Assembly: GCA_951406725.2 (NCBI GenBank)
Contig: OX597820.1
Span: 34,038,001 to 34,102,000, forward strand
DNA from: Octopus vulgaris
Lineage: Eukaryota
Direction of reading: 5' to 3'
Length of the DNA stretch: 64,000 bases
Part shown: positions 12,811 to 29,247 of the stretch, one piece after another
Numbering within the stretch: position 1 is the first letter of the stretch
Layout of the letters: each line of letters begins with the position of its first letter
Notes under the pieces: model-generated
Database searches by the model: none
Told to the model about the DNA's origin: nothing
What the model saw: the letters and a program-made list of their open reading frames with translations, nothing else
Made by a program: the position numbers and the translations under genes

Positions 12811-13856
12811 CACATCAGCACAAAGGCTAGTACTCATTTTCAGCTGAATAGACTGGAGCAAAGTAAAATGAAGTACCTTGCATATACAGAGAATGTGCAC
12901 TTGTAACAAATAATAATAATAATAGCAACCCTGATTACCAAAGGAATCTGGAAGTCATCATCAATAGTTCAAACATAGCTGTCATGTCATATAATTAATA
13001 AAACACCAACCCACAAGCGACTGTCTGTTACAAAATGTCATACACACCAATAACAACCATTTCCTCCTGAAGATAATACCATGAAGATTTAGAAGCATTG
13101 ATGAATATGGGAACTTAAACCGTTCTCCTCAAAGCATATCTGGTAGCCTTCAGATGTCAATTGCAATGGTAGATATAGCAATGAAATCCCCCCTCAAATC
13201 ACACCCTAAAGTCTTAGTAAAAAAAAAAAAAAACCCACAAGTATGCATTGGATAATACAGTGCTCATAATGATAGCATGGTCATGAGTGGAATGGCTTTG
13301 ATCATAGGTTTGCTTGACTAAAGCAGATCTGAGGCTAATCAAGAATAGTAATTTATTATCATTTTGAAATAATAACAACATTTGTAAAGTTTCAAAGTCT
13401 GACATCTATGACCTTGCCACTGATATTACACATGCTTTTGCATGTGACTGTGCATATGTATGTGAGTGTGTATTTGTGTGTGTGGGTGTGTGTGTGTGTG
13501 TGTGTATAGATGCAGGCATAGCTGTGTGGTAAGAAGCTTGCTTCCCAACCACATGGTTCTGGGTTCAGTCCCACTGTATGGCACCTTGGGCAAGCGTCTT
13601 CTACTATAGCTTTGGGCTGACCAAAGCCTTGTGAGTACGGTAGATGGAAACCGAAAGAAGCCTGTCGTGTCTGTATATATATGTGTGTGTGTGTGTGTTT
13701 GTACCCCAACTATCACTTGAAAACCGATGCTGGTGTAAGTCCCTGTAATTTAGTGGTTTGGCAAAAGTCACTGATAGAATAAGTACTAGGCTTACAAAGA
13801 ATAAGTCCTGGGATTGATTTCTTTAAGGCAGTGCTCCAGCATGGTTGCAAGTAAAA

Positions 13857-13896
<40 letters not shown>

Positions 13897-14232
13897 GGGC
13901 ATCTAAAAGATACTACCATGCTTGAACTAGCAGTTAAAACCTGACTAAAACCACATCAGGTTTTGATTGCTATTTCAAGCATGGTGGTATCTCTTAGATA
14001 CCCTTATTTATAATTTTGATAATTATTATAACCTACAAGGTTTTTTCCTTTCCATGCTGCCACTAGATTTGATCACAATTCAAAATAACGATCTTATCCT
14101 TATTCATATGTTTCTGCCAACTCATATACTGAGTTGGCAGAAACATTAGCATGCTAGGCGAAATTCTTAGTGGTATTTTGTATGTCTTTTCGTTCTGAGT
14201 TCGAATTCCACTGAAGTCGACTACCTTTTCTA

Positions 14233-14623
14233 GGCGCAGGAGTGGCTGTGAGGTAAGTAGCTTGCTAACCAACCACATTGTTCCGGTTTCAGTCCCACTG
14301 CGTGGCACCTTGGGCAAGTGTCTTCTTACTATAGCCTCGGGCCAACCAAAGCCTTGTGAGTGGATTTGGTAGATGGAAACTGAAAGAAGCCCATCGTATA
14401 TATGTATATGTATATATATATGTGTGTGTGTGTTTGTCCCCCCAACATCGCTTGACAACCGATGCTGGTGTGTTTAGGTCTCATTAACTTAGCGGTTCGG
14501 CAAAAGAGCAACCGATAGAATAAGTACTAGGCTTACAAAGAATAAGTTCTGGGGTCGATTTGCTTGACTAAAGGCGGTGCTCCAGCATGGCCACAGTCAG
14601 ATGACTGAAACAAGTAAAAGAGT
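14233..14623 (+). mobile_element. SINE family A, full length (reference copy)
   Basis: GGCGCAGGAGTGGCTGTGAGGTAAG head, B-box-like TTTCAGTCCC, internal (TA/TG)n, tail GGCGGTGCTCCAGCATGGCCACAGTCAGATGACTGAAACAAGTAAAAGAG. Other plus copies at about 13511, 15151, 18152, 54905 and 63785. Confidence 0.88.
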
Positions 14624-14901
14624 ATATGTTATTTACCTTTTGGTTCAGTCATTGGGCTATCGTCATGTTAGGGCAATGCCTTGATAAATTTACTTGAACA
14701 AATTGACCCTAGTATTTATTTTCTAAGTCTGGTAATTATTCTATCAATCCTTTTTGCTGAACAGTTAAGTTACAGAGAAGTATACAATCTAACACTGGTT
14801 AAGTGGTGGTGGTGACAAACACAAAGACACACACACACACATGCATATGTGTGTGTTTGTATTTATATATATCATCATCATCATCATTTAACGTCCGCTT
14901 T

Positions 14902-14952
<51 letters not shown>

Positions 14953-15588
14953 CACTGCTATGTATTATAAAGAACAATCAGTACATATAAAGTGGCTGGC
15001 ATTAGGAAGGGCATTCAGATATAAGCTGTAAAAATGTTGCCAAAACAGACAATTAGAGCCTTGGTATAGCCCTCCAGCTTGCCAACTCTTCTCAAACTGA
15101 CCAACCGATACCAGCATGGAAAACAAATGTTAAATAATGATATATGTAAACAGTCCCACTGCGTGGCATCTTGGGCAAGTGTCTTCTGCTATAGCCCCAG
15201 GCCAACCAATGCCTTGTGAGTGGATTTGGTAGACGGAAACTGAGAGAAGCCTGTCGTATATGTATATATATATGTATATGTGTGTGTGTGTTTGTGTGTC
15301 TGTGTTTGCCCCCCTAGCATTCCTTGACAACCGATGCTGGTGTGTTTACGTCCCCGTCACTTAGCGGTTCGGCAAAAGAGACCAATAGAATAAGTACTGG
15401 GCTTACAAAGAATAAGTCCCGGGGTCGATTTGCTCAACTAAAGGCGGTGCTCCAGCATGGCCGCAGTCAAATGACTGAAACAAGTAAAAAGAGTAAAAGA
15501 ATGGGCTTCCACTTAGTTTCCATCAGTGGGCCTGATCCAAAAACCAAATGCTTGCAAAGTGAATTTCTAATCATACAATGATGCCCGT

Positions 15589-15640
<52 letters not shown>

Positions 15641-15774
15641 AGAGGACAATAAACGCCAAGGCATAACAAGCATCTCAAGTCATATACATTATTACTCTTA
15701 AATTAGTTGAGGTCTTACAGCTGTTTCTGGGATAGTATTATAGCAAGGTATGATTAGTATTTTCACAGTATATA

Positions 15775-16003
15775 TTTCTTTATTGCCCACAAGGGGCTAA
15801 ACATAGAGGGGACACACAAGGACAGACACATGGATTAAGTCGATTACATCGACCCCAGTGCGTAACTGGTACTTAATTTATCGACCCCGAAAGGATGAAA
15901 GGCAAAGTTGACCTTGGCGGAATTTGAACTCAAAACGTAACGGCAGACAAAATACGGCTATGCATTTCGCCCGGCGTGCTAACGATTCTGCCAGCTCGCC
16001 ACC
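15775..16003 (-). mobile_element. SINE family B, full length
   Basis: Reverse complement of 5404-5630; further copies at 33605-33832 (minus) and 48567-48793 (plus). Confidence 0.85.
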
Positions 16004-19000
16004 TTTGCTAACGACTCTGCCAGCTCGCCACAGTATAAATATCCAGGCAATATTTTGGCAGAAATGGGAGTGATGTGTTCATATTGAGGTGCCTGGTTTC
16101 TGAGAGAATGATACTAGAAGTGGCTACTGAGCTGGGCATTAGCAAGGATTGGTCATCTGAATGGTTAGAAGAATAAAATAAGGAAATATAAAAATACAGA
16201 GTAAAAAAAAAGAAAATAAGCATAAAAATAAAAAAGATGAAAAATATAGAAAATTATATAAAGTAGAAATAAGAGTAAATAAGAATAAGTAAAATAAGCC
16301 TACAGATAAAAGAAGAGAGGAGGAAGATAAAGGAAGATAAAGTAAAAATAAAATGAGAATGGAGTAAGTGGAGCAAGAACACACAGGGAACAAAGAGAAT
16401 AGGAAAAGAGATGAAGTTTAGGGTTGGGGCAAGAGGTCAAGCTTGAAATATTTGTGTCTGTTGAACAGATGAACTTCTGGATGGCTATGGTCAGTAGCTA
16501 TCGATATATTCCTACCTATGGATATATTAAATGGTGGTGATGGTATATAAAATCCATTGTAACCATCTGTTTCATGCCAATATTGGCTTAAAAGCCACTT
16601 CAGGTGCCACAAAGTATATGGTTGCTAATCTGGTCATCCTCAGAGACATAAAGGATGAATATCATATATATGTACACATATACGATGTGATATCCTATAA
16701 CTGTCATTTTTTTGTTGTAGTAGCAATGAATTTTCAACAAGTGTTTTCTGTTACAATCATTTAAGGGGGGGGAATGATAAAAAATAACAACAAAAAAGAA
16801 AAACAAAGTCAACAGTTAAGATATAAAAAAAAGTTTTAGAAAAATGCTATATAAAATATATCAAGAAATATAAGGAATTCAAAGAACATAAATAATATTA
16901 CAGGTAAATAGACAAAACAAAAGATATATCACCTTGAAGAATGTTATAGAATTATTTGTCTTTCTGCAAGTAAATTTGCATGTGAAGTAAACTTGGTAAA
17001 TTTTCATGTTTTAATTAATTTAAATAAAATTATAAAGTCATTGAAACAGAAAAAAAAGCTGTATTATTTTTTTTTAGAATTTAAGGTTTAAAAAAATGAA
17101 TATATAATAACTAAAGGAAAATTTGAACCAAGTTTAAAAGTTAAAAGCTTTTAAATTAATCTTTTGTTGTTGTTGTTGGAGGGGGTGGTTGTGTAGTTTT
17201 GTTTTCTAACCAAATGAAATAAAATTTTGTTTTTAAATGCTTAAATGTTACCTAATCTCCTTTGATTTTGTAAGTAATCCATGAAATAGAGAATATTATA
17301 TGTGTGTGCATATATATATATTTATATATACACACACATATAAGGTGTTGAATCAGGAAAATAATGTTACTACAAAATATACATTGGTCATGTTGCAAGA
17401 CATAAGACAGAAATAATGATAAGCAAAAGATATAAGTTAATACTGAAGAAAATCCTAGATTGAATTTCATTGGTTAATATAGAAATCCCACCCCCAACAA
17501 AAAGTAAAAAAAAAAAGAGGGAAAGAAAGAGAGAGGCAGAGATCAAAGTCTCTCTCCTACCAACCCCACCAAAGAGTGACAAATCTAGGCATAATTATCA
17601 TCATATATCTTTGATAAACTTGAAAGGTGATTAACCACATGTGGTTAAAAAAAAAAAATCTCAATGAATTTGGTCTCTACTACTGTTATTGCTGTTGTTG
17701 TTGTTACTTAATCTCAGATGAGCAATGATCTTGGACAAAAAAAAAAACCTAGAAAAAACCCCATTAAACTCCATTTAATGGTGAAAGTCCTTCTTGGGCA
17801 TTCAGGAGTTTTGGAGAGTACAGAATCACTCCTAAGCACTAATCCCAGGTTCACTCTGGTCCAACATAGTAGCACCTATCAAGGACACTAGTTATGAGTC
17901 AAACAGCAAAATATAATACTTTGGCTAGAGTATACAGCAACCAGAGGAGGGCTGGCTCCTTAGGCATGCGTTATACCTGGGACATACGGTAGTGTGAATA
18001 AAACTGGGTAGATGGAAAATGTGCAGCAGCTTGTTAAATGAGTTGTACGTGTAATTATAAAGTTGCAGCTTTGTCATACACTATGTCATGCAATAAATTG
18101 GTTATACTTCAACAATGCACAAAATATTTTAATGTTTTTTATACAATTTTCGTGATAAGTGACTTGCTTACGAACCACATGGTTCCGAGTTCAGTCCCAC
18201 TGCATTGCACCTTGGGCAAGTGTCTTCTACTATAGCCTTGGGCCGACCAAAGCCTTGTGAGTGGATTTGGTAGACGGAAATTGAAAGAAGCCCGTCATAT
18301 ATATGTATATATATGTATATATATATATATATGTATGTGTATATGTTTGTGTGTCTGTGTTTGTCCCCACCAACATCGCTTGACAACAGATGCTGGTGTG
18401 TTTACGTCCCCGTAACTTAGCGGTTCAGCAAAAGGGACTGATAAAATAAGTACTAGGCTTACAAAGAATAAGTCCTGGTGTCGATTTGCTCGACTCAAGG
18501 CGGTGCTCCAGCATGGCCACAGTCAAATGACTGAAACAAGTAAAAGAGTAAAGAATTAAATACAGTGGGATTTTTTGTATATATTGAATGGCTATGGAGA
18601 CCCAGTAGAAAAAAATAGGAATCAAAGGGGCCCATAGCCAAAAAATGGTTGAGAACCATTGCTTTACATGTTTGGGCACTATCTAGATATATACAAAGAC
18701 ATTTTATATCATAACAGATGACATTAACTTATAAACTTTCACCAAGCTAACTTCTCTGACAATTAGAAGAGTCAGTGTGAGAAAAATTTATATATTGCTG
18801 TCATGCTTTTATAATCTAAAATGACTTCACTTGACTCAACACATACTGAGATAATATGTAATCATTTTTAGATAACGTTTGATCAGTGTAACATATGCCA
18901 ATGTATAAACAGGTATATCATTTCTGTACTTACATATATATTTAAACACACAAACACACACACACACACACACAGGTGCAGGAGTGCTTGCGTGATTAAG

Positions 19001-19440
19001 TAGTTTGCTTCTCAACTACTTGGTTTTAAGTTCAGCCCAACTGTGGGGCACCTTGGACAGGTATGTTCTACTACAGCTCTGGGCTGACCAAAGCCTTGTC
19101 AGTGTATTTAGTAGAAGGAAACAGATAAGATGCCCAACATATATGTATGCATGTGTTTATGAGAGGGAGAGAAGAAGGGGGAGAGAGAGTGAGAGTGAAA
19201 GAGAGAGTGACTTGATTTTGCATAAAATGAGTGCCACTGTCTTGCAAGCAATATCTTTTGTTTATGATCTTCCATGAAAACATGTTTGGTCACGAGAGGG
19301 AGGGGGATATTATCTTACTTGTAAACAGGTAAGGGTTGGCAACAGGAAGATCATCCACCCATAGAAATCCATCTAGTCCATGCAAGCTTGGAAAAGTGGG
19401 TGTTAAAATGATGATGACGTGTGTATGTATACGTATATGT

Positions 19441-19815
19441 AAATCAAAATCAAAATCTAAATCGATCAATTTCAATGGAAATTGTAGCTGTGATACCAGT
19501 GCCGGTGGCACGTAAAAAGCAGCATCCGATCGTGGCTGTTGCCAGCCTCGCCTGGCCTCCGTGCCAGTGGCACATAAAAAGCACCATCCGATTTTGGCCA
19601 TTTTCCAGCCTCGTCTGGCACCTGTGCCAGTGGCATGTAAGAAGCACCCACTACACTCACGGAGTGGTTGGTGTTAGGAAGGGCATCCAGCTGTAGAAAA
19701 TTGCCAGATCAGACTGGGCCTGGTGCAGCCTTCTGGCTTCCCAGACCCCAGTTGAACCGTCCAACCGATGCTAGCATGGAAAGCGGACGCTAAACGATGA
19801 TGATGATGATGATGA
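19441..19815 (+). mobile_element. Family C retroposon with three internal ~60-bp tandem units and a (TGA)n tail
   Basis: GTGCC(G/A)GTGGCA(C/T)(G/A)TAA(A/G)AAGCA units, followed by the AGGAAGGGCATCCAGCTGTAGAAA core. Confidence 0.85.
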
Positions 19816-21051
19816 TATGTATGTGTGTGTTTGTGTTTCCTTGTCTTGATAAAAATGTGATGATTGTAAGCATATGTCACTATCATACAAGTAGTGTCAT
19901 TTGTTTCCAGCCTTCCATTAAAAGAAAACATGTGTAGCCACTGGAGAATATTCTTTTCTACTCTAGGCACAAGGCCTGAAATTTCTGGGGAGCGGAGGGT
20001 TAGGCAATTAAATCGACCCCAGAATGCAACTAGTACTTAATTTATTGACCCCGAAAGGATGAAAGACAAAGTCGACCTAGGCAGAATTTGAGAGAGAGAG
20101 AGAGAGAGACAAACTGCATCTCTGTTGGTTTCATTGATGAGGATTTAGTTGCTCAGTCAACTAGATTACCTGCTCACTGAATTAGAATGTAATTGGCTGA
20201 GTACTCCAAAGACATATGTATTCTTAACATAATCCTTAAGTAGAACCAGACAAAATACCGCTAAGCATTTCACCTGGCGTGCTAACGTTTCTGCCAGCTC
20301 ACCACCTTCAGCCACTGGAGAATATTAATTTACTACGAAACAGGTGAGGGCTGGTGATAAGGAAGAAATGTGCTTCAATGTATTCTATTGATGTACAAAA
20401 GCATGGGAAAATGAACATTAAAATAATGATGATGATGATATATCTATATATATTTCTTTTATCGTTAACTTGTTTCAGTTATGATATTGTGGCCATGCTG
20501 GGGCACTGCCTTAAAGAATTTTAATCAAATGAATTTACCCTAGTACTTATCTCTTATGCTGAGCTGCTAAGTTATGGGAACTTAAAGACACCAACACTGG
20601 TTGTCAACCAGAGGTGAGGTACCAAAAGAGACACAAAGACACACACACACACATACACAATCCAAATAATAAGACAAAGAAATACTTTAACACATTTTGA
20701 ATGATTCATTACAATTGTTTAACAGGAAATATTACATAAATTTTCACTTCAAATATTGTGTAAACTGGCATAGCAAGCAGAGTTTGTACAGAAACAATTG
20801 TAACGAGACATTATCAAAAAAAAAAAAAAAATTCGTCTTATTGCTATTTGAATTATAGTTTACTGTTTGCCACACCCACACAATGGTTTTTCCATCATGA
20901 AATCAAGATTTTCTACACTTGAAGATTTTCAGTATTAGTCTGGAATCTGACAGTGTTGATGGCCAAGAACTCAGGGTGTATGCTTCTCAGGAAATACCCT
21001 ACCTTTAAACCCTAGTAGGACCTATGATATAAATATATATATATATATAAA

Positions 21052-21315
21052 TCTGATATTCTCCTATCCTTCTTTTATACCAGTTCCCATATGCTGTTCA
21101 TATCTGCACTCGGGTCTGCTTAGGAGGTTGTTGTGTCCTAGCATATGTGCTGCTGATTTTAGTTTACGTATTTTCCAGTGGTGTTCTCTGTCTATTATTT
21201 TAACTTCATCCCACAGAGGGAGGTAGTCTCCAATTTTCCATACATGATCAGCTATACCCGATTTATCAATATATCCCCGTGTCACAGCTTTGCAATGTTC
21301 CTCTACCCTTATCAC
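21052..21315 (-). mobile_element. Penelope-like element (PLE) GIY-YIG endonuclease C-terminal fragment
   Basis: IRVEEHCKAVTRGYIDKSGIADHVWKIGDYLPLWDEVKIIDREHHWKIRKLKSAAHM matches the PLE endonuclease pattern R..EH......KS.IA.H.W....H...W..V.IID.E..W..R.LKE..HI. Confidence 0.85.
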
Positions 21316-21376
21316 AAACAAAATGAGGACAAATATCCGTCAAATGTAAGTGATATATATATATATATATATATAT

Positions 21377-21777
21377 TTTATCTATTTTCAGCTCACGAGC
21401 TGTGGCCATACTGGGGCACCGCCATTTGGTGCTGCAACATAATTTTACTTCATGAATGTTCTTTAGGAATTGACATTTGGTGCATGAGGGAGTTTGATGC
21501 CACTGCCCTCATCTGCACCTCCTGTCGCAAAGTTGGCTCATCTGGGACACTTGACAGTAAGAGGTCCTGCTTTAATTTGAAGACACCTACATTCACCTAA
21601 TGCAGGTTTCTCAGGTCCTTCGGGAGGATATTGAAGAGCTGTGGTCCTGAAGCCCAGGATATTCCAGTATCTTGTCCTATATTTTAATGGCAAATTTGGA
21701 GTCCTTGGCACTATGCAGTGGCGCCCAGTTCTAGTATTTGTGTAACTCTCGATGCCAGAGTTTGGGAAAAGTCCTTC
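21377..21777 (-). mobile_element. CR1-clade LINE 3' end (ORF2 C-terminus and 3' UTR)
   Basis: EGLFPNSGIESYTNTRTGRHC..PQLFNILPKDLRNL..FKLKQDLLLSSVPDEP..SNSLMHQ, then tail GGCGGTGCCCCAGTATGGCCACAGCTCGTGAGCTGAAA. Confidence 0.8.
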
Positions 21778-21923
21778 ATGTCCGAGATGAAACCATCTAA
21801 TGACAAGAGGAGCAAATAAGTGTAGCTACATCAAACTCCATTCTTCACCAAATGCCTATTAGAAGAGGCTTTCAATAAAGACAGTGTAGGAAAATGATGG
21901 TGCTCCAGCATAGCCACAGCTCT

Positions 21924-24524
<2,601 letters not shown>

Positions 24525-25717
24525 TGTGTACATGTTTGTAGAAGAAAGAGAATGTGAGAGAGCCAGAATGTAACAGTTTAATAGTGTAAAAGACAGTCAT
24601 GGTAGTGGAGGTGGTGGTGGAGGCAGTAGCAATGGCGGTGTGGAGTGGAAACTTGCCAAAGCAGTGACACACTTTTCCATGTAAACAAATCTTGAAAACA
24701 ATATAACATTTGTGAATTGCTGTTGAAGAGGAGGCAGGAGAGAAGTCTGAAGAGGAAGCAAGAGAGGAAGGCTAGAGAGAAGGAGGAGGAGGAGGATGAT
24801 GTGTGAATTCTGTGATGGTCAAGATGAAATTGTTGGAAAGCATTGAACAGTGTAAGATGGGAAGAAGGAAAGAGGTAGGTCAAGGATCCTGGAGGAGGAG
24901 AGTGAGGAGTGGCAGGTGTAGGAGAGAAGGGCAGGAGGAGAGTGGCACTCAAGGGAGGAATAGCATCAACATCAACAGCAACGTCAACAACATCTGCAGT
25001 AAGAGATGTGACAGCAGTAACAGAAACTCACAAGAAAAAATGCCAACCATATGAACCTCTACAAGCTTACTCAGCTTGTAAGAAATAGCAGCCAAATATT
25101 TCTTGAGCTGTACTCTACTGGAAAGACACACTGTATAAGGCAGTCCTATCCTAAATGCGCAAAAGGATGGGATGGTCATGGTTGGAATGACTTTAATCAC
25201 AGGTCAAAAGTGACAACAATAAAGCACATTCACAGCATCAAGAGCATCTACGTGATTGTTTGACCCGCTAAAAATAGCAGCCAGATCACCCTTAAATCAA
25301 ACCCTACTCTATTCAAAAGAAGAAGGATGCATTAGAAAATGTAGTCTTCAATCTGCAAAAAAAAAAGTTGATCAAAACACCTTTGATCATAGTTATATTT
25401 GATTAGAATTACCTAGGGTTAACCAACATCACCATCATCATCATTTTATGCAGCTTGCTTTACAGCTGGCATGGGTAGACTGATGTGATAGGATTTTATG
25501 AATCAGAAGACTATGCCTTGCTCCACTGTCTTGCTTTTTTTTGCATGCTTTCTATGGCTAGATGCCCTTCCCAACACCAACCACTTTACAGAATGTATTT
25601 GGTGCATTTTTTTCATGGCACCAGTACTACAGAGGTTGCCTTGCCATCAATGGGGACTAAAGAACACTCTCAAACCCCACACAGTTGCTGCTCAAATCAA
25701 TTACCTATCACTCAGAG

Positions 25718-26923
25718 TAGTAGTTTTCAACCATTTTCTACATATGGGCCCCTTTGATTTCTATTTTACCTGGGTAGACCCTCTTAGTTATTCAATGTTT
25801 TAAAAAATCCGATAATTATATTTTTATAATTAAATATTATAAGGAAATTTTTCTTTTACTTACTTCAGCCATTTGACAGTGGCCATGCTGGAGCACCACC
25901 TTTAGTCGAACAAATCAACCCAAGGACTTATTCTTTGTGAGGCTAGTTCTTGTTCTATTGGGTTCTTGTGCCGAACCACTAAGTTATGGGGACACACCAA
26001 CATCAGTTGTCAAGTGATGGTGGGAGAACGAATACAGAGACACACAAATACACACACACATATATATGATGGGCTTCTTTCAATTTCTCTATACCAAATC
26101 CACGCACAAGGCTGTGGTTGGCCTGAGGTTATAGTAGAAGACACTTGCCCATAGTGGGACTGAACCAGGAACCATGTTGTTGGGAAGCAAGCTTCTTATT
26201 TTTTTTATTGCCCACAGGGGGCTAAACATAGAGGGGACAAACCAGGACAGACAAAGGGATTAAGTCGATTGCATTGACCCCAGTGCGTAACCGGTACTTA
26301 ATTTATCGACCCTGAAAGGATGAAAGGCAATCATCATCATTCATCATTGTTTGACCATGGTCGAGACAATGGAATTTACCATGCTACGCCAGACTTCACG
26401 GTCCATCATGGCATTATGGAGGCCCTGTTGCTGGATACCTGTATCCCTGGAGATTACATCAGGGTAGGAGAGTGTGCGCCCTCTGGTATTGCGAGTAGAT
26501 GGCTTCCAGAGGAGAAGAGTAGAAATTACCTCTTTTTCAGCTCTACAACAATGTCCAGCAAACTGGACTCTCCTCCCTTTCACAAGAGATGACACAGGTG
26601 GTAGTTTCCCATATATTTGCATTTTGGTTGGATGGTGCTTCCACAAGAGATTTTGAGCTCTCATCAGGAGGCGAGTGTAGGTTCCATCCAACCACTTCTC
26701 AAGCTTCTTTGATAACGTCCAGGTTTCTGAGCCATATAGTAGAATATGAAAGGCAAGTCGACCATGGCTATATGGTAAGAAAGAAGCTTCTTACCATACA
26801 GCCATGCCTGTGCCTATGATAAAATATTTTGTGTAGTGTTGAAGTATAACAAATTTAGAGCACATAAATTTTAACAACAAAATCTTATATGGGACCCCAA
26901 GGGTCCCTGGTTGAGAACCATTG
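25718..26923. mobile_element. hAT-type MITE carrying nested SINE A, SINE B and RTE insertions
   Basis: TIR TAGTAGTTTTCAACCA / TGGTTGAGAACCATTG; degenerate 8-bp TSD ACTCAGAG/ACTTAGAA; related ends at about 18560-18661 and 62559-62722. Confidence 0.7.
26331..26745 (-). mobile_element. 5'-truncated RTE-type LINE with open ORF2 C-terminus, (TGA)n tail and 11-bp TSD
   Basis: ILLYGSETWTLSKKLEKWLDGTYTRLLMRAQNLLWKHHPT..RRVQFAGHCCR..MMDREVWRSMV; TSD ATGAAAGGCAA at 26320-26330 and 26746-26756. Confidence 0.9.
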
Positions 26924-27397
26924 ACTTAGAATATACCAGATAAATTTTGTGGCACCAGCACAAATTTGTGGAATTGCCTTGTTGCATGCAAAGCAAAAGG
27001 GAGCACCCCTTGATGGAAAAGGAACAGATTTAGTACGAGAGGATGATAACAGAAGAAATAGCAGAGGAGACAGTGTTGGCGTGGGGAGGAAAGAAGAAAG
27101 TGGGGAAGGGTAGAGAGTAATGTCCCTTGCAGTGGTAATGTCTCTAAAAGGAAGAGACATTAATCTAAAGGAGAAATGTTTCTATAGGAGAAAAAGGAGT
27201 GTCTCTCTAAAGCGGAAGGAGGGGAGAGAGAGGATGACAACATGGTAATCCTAACGGGGATGGGTGGTAGTGGATGGATCTAGTGGTGTGTGTGTGTGAA
27301 AGAGTGAAAGAGAGAGAAAGTCAGTGTGATAAAAGTGGTAAGGGGGACAGAATGAGGGGCGTTGAATATATATCAATTTACATCATATATGTCTGTA

Positions 27398-27438
<41 letters not shown>

Positions 27439-27515
27439 GAGGGCATTACTATACATAAATGCCACACGCTAAGAGGGACTCTTAAAGTCAAAACTATCAG
27501 CTATTTTTAAATTGC

Positions 27516-27554
<39 letters not shown>

Positions 27555-28647
27555 TACACACAAATATATATGTAAATATATTCAAAAATATATACATATT
27601 TCAAAGGTTAAACAGAAAGAACACAATGAAGGGAAAACTTAGATGAAATCTGGGCGGAAACATAACAGATGGAAAAAGAAGACAAAAACACGATACAAAG
27701 AAGATTCACAGTGGATTTTTCTCATCAGCTAGATTCTGAGATGTCTTAGTGGTTTTGTGCCATTTAAAACCAAGACCACTGTTATCTCAGAGCCACCTGA
27801 ACATTAAACTTCAGGATAATGCTGATGAATGTCTATGAGTACAGAACAAAATAACATAGTGTGTACTACAAGAAATAATGAGAAAGATGTAACCGATAAG
27901 GAATGGTACAATTATAAAGAAAATGCCTTTCGATTATACAAAGCAAAAAGAATAATTATACATATGCAATACTAACAGAAAGAGCCTTTTGACTAAACAG
28001 ACAGTAGTAATGTAGTGCAAAGAAGAACTGGAAAGACTGTCTTGATGGACAGTGGACACACATGTCTAGTTTAGTCAGTGGCAGGCCAAGTACAAATGTA
28101 TTGTTCTTATACAAGAATGTTATTCACACTGACTTCAACAATGGCTTAGCTGGCTGAAACTTCAAAGTCACAATCAACAACATTCTTGTGTAATATATAT
28201 AATGTAAATATAAACATACATACTCTTTTACTCTTTAACTTGTTTCAGTCATTTGACTGTGGCCATGCTGAAGCACTGCCTTTAGTCAAGCAAATCGACC
28301 CCAGGACTTCTTTTTTGTAAGCCTAGTACTTATTCTATTGGTCTCTTTTGCCGAACCACTAAGTTACAGGGACCTAAACACACCAGTATTGGTTGTCAAG
28401 TGATGTTGGGGGGACAAACACAGTCACACAAACATACACATACACATATATATACATATATACGATGAGCTTCTTTCAGTTTCCGTCTACCAAATCCATC
28501 CACAAGGCTATGGTCGGCCCGAGGCTATAGTAGAAGACACTTGCCCAAGGTGCCACGCAGTGGGACTGAACCTGGAACCATGTGATTGGCAAGCAAGCTA
28601 CTTACCACACAGCCACTCCTACGCCTACATATATGTGTGTGTGTATG

Positions 28648-28680
<33 letters not shown>

Positions 28681-29214
28681 GTATGTATGTATGTATATAT
28701 ATATATATACACACTAGTGTATCACATGTTATATGATGGATTAATTTGGATGTATACTTTTGTCACCATGGGCAACGTCAGGGAATGTAGCATACATATG
28801 ACAATTTATTTCAACTTGCATGAAATTTCTTGGTGCTTTAACAGAATGATGAAATGAATATTGATTTTCAAAAGAGAAATTATCTTAAAATGTAAGAAAA
28901 AAACAAAAAAAATTCTCATTTGCGTAACTCCTGCAGTAACTACAGTCATTTACCCCACTTTCCTCTACCTCTTCTTTCCTTCCCACTCCTCCTCCTGTCT
29001 CTGATTATTTCACTCTCTCATTGTGTATGTGTGTGTGTGTAGTGTTTGTTCACTCATTGCCTGCCACCAAGTTTTGTATAATCGCTCATCTTGCACCTCA
29101 TATGTTAACTCTTTTCTACAACACATTCCTCTTCTCTCTGTACAATGTAAAACATGACTGGAGAATCAACCAACCAGCATTTACACTGGCTATTACAAAC
29201 ACACACACACACAA

Positions 29215-29247
<33 letters not shown>

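Noticed and set aside
14233-14305. tRNA genes at SINE heads
   Set aside because: A and B boxes are present, but there is no intact cloverleaf and each continues into a SINE body.
16030-16157. Possible minus-strand exon after a long pyrimidine-rich tract (TTCAG|ATGACC..)
   Set aside because: No donor found and no similarity to PTB1; it runs into a SINE B fragment.
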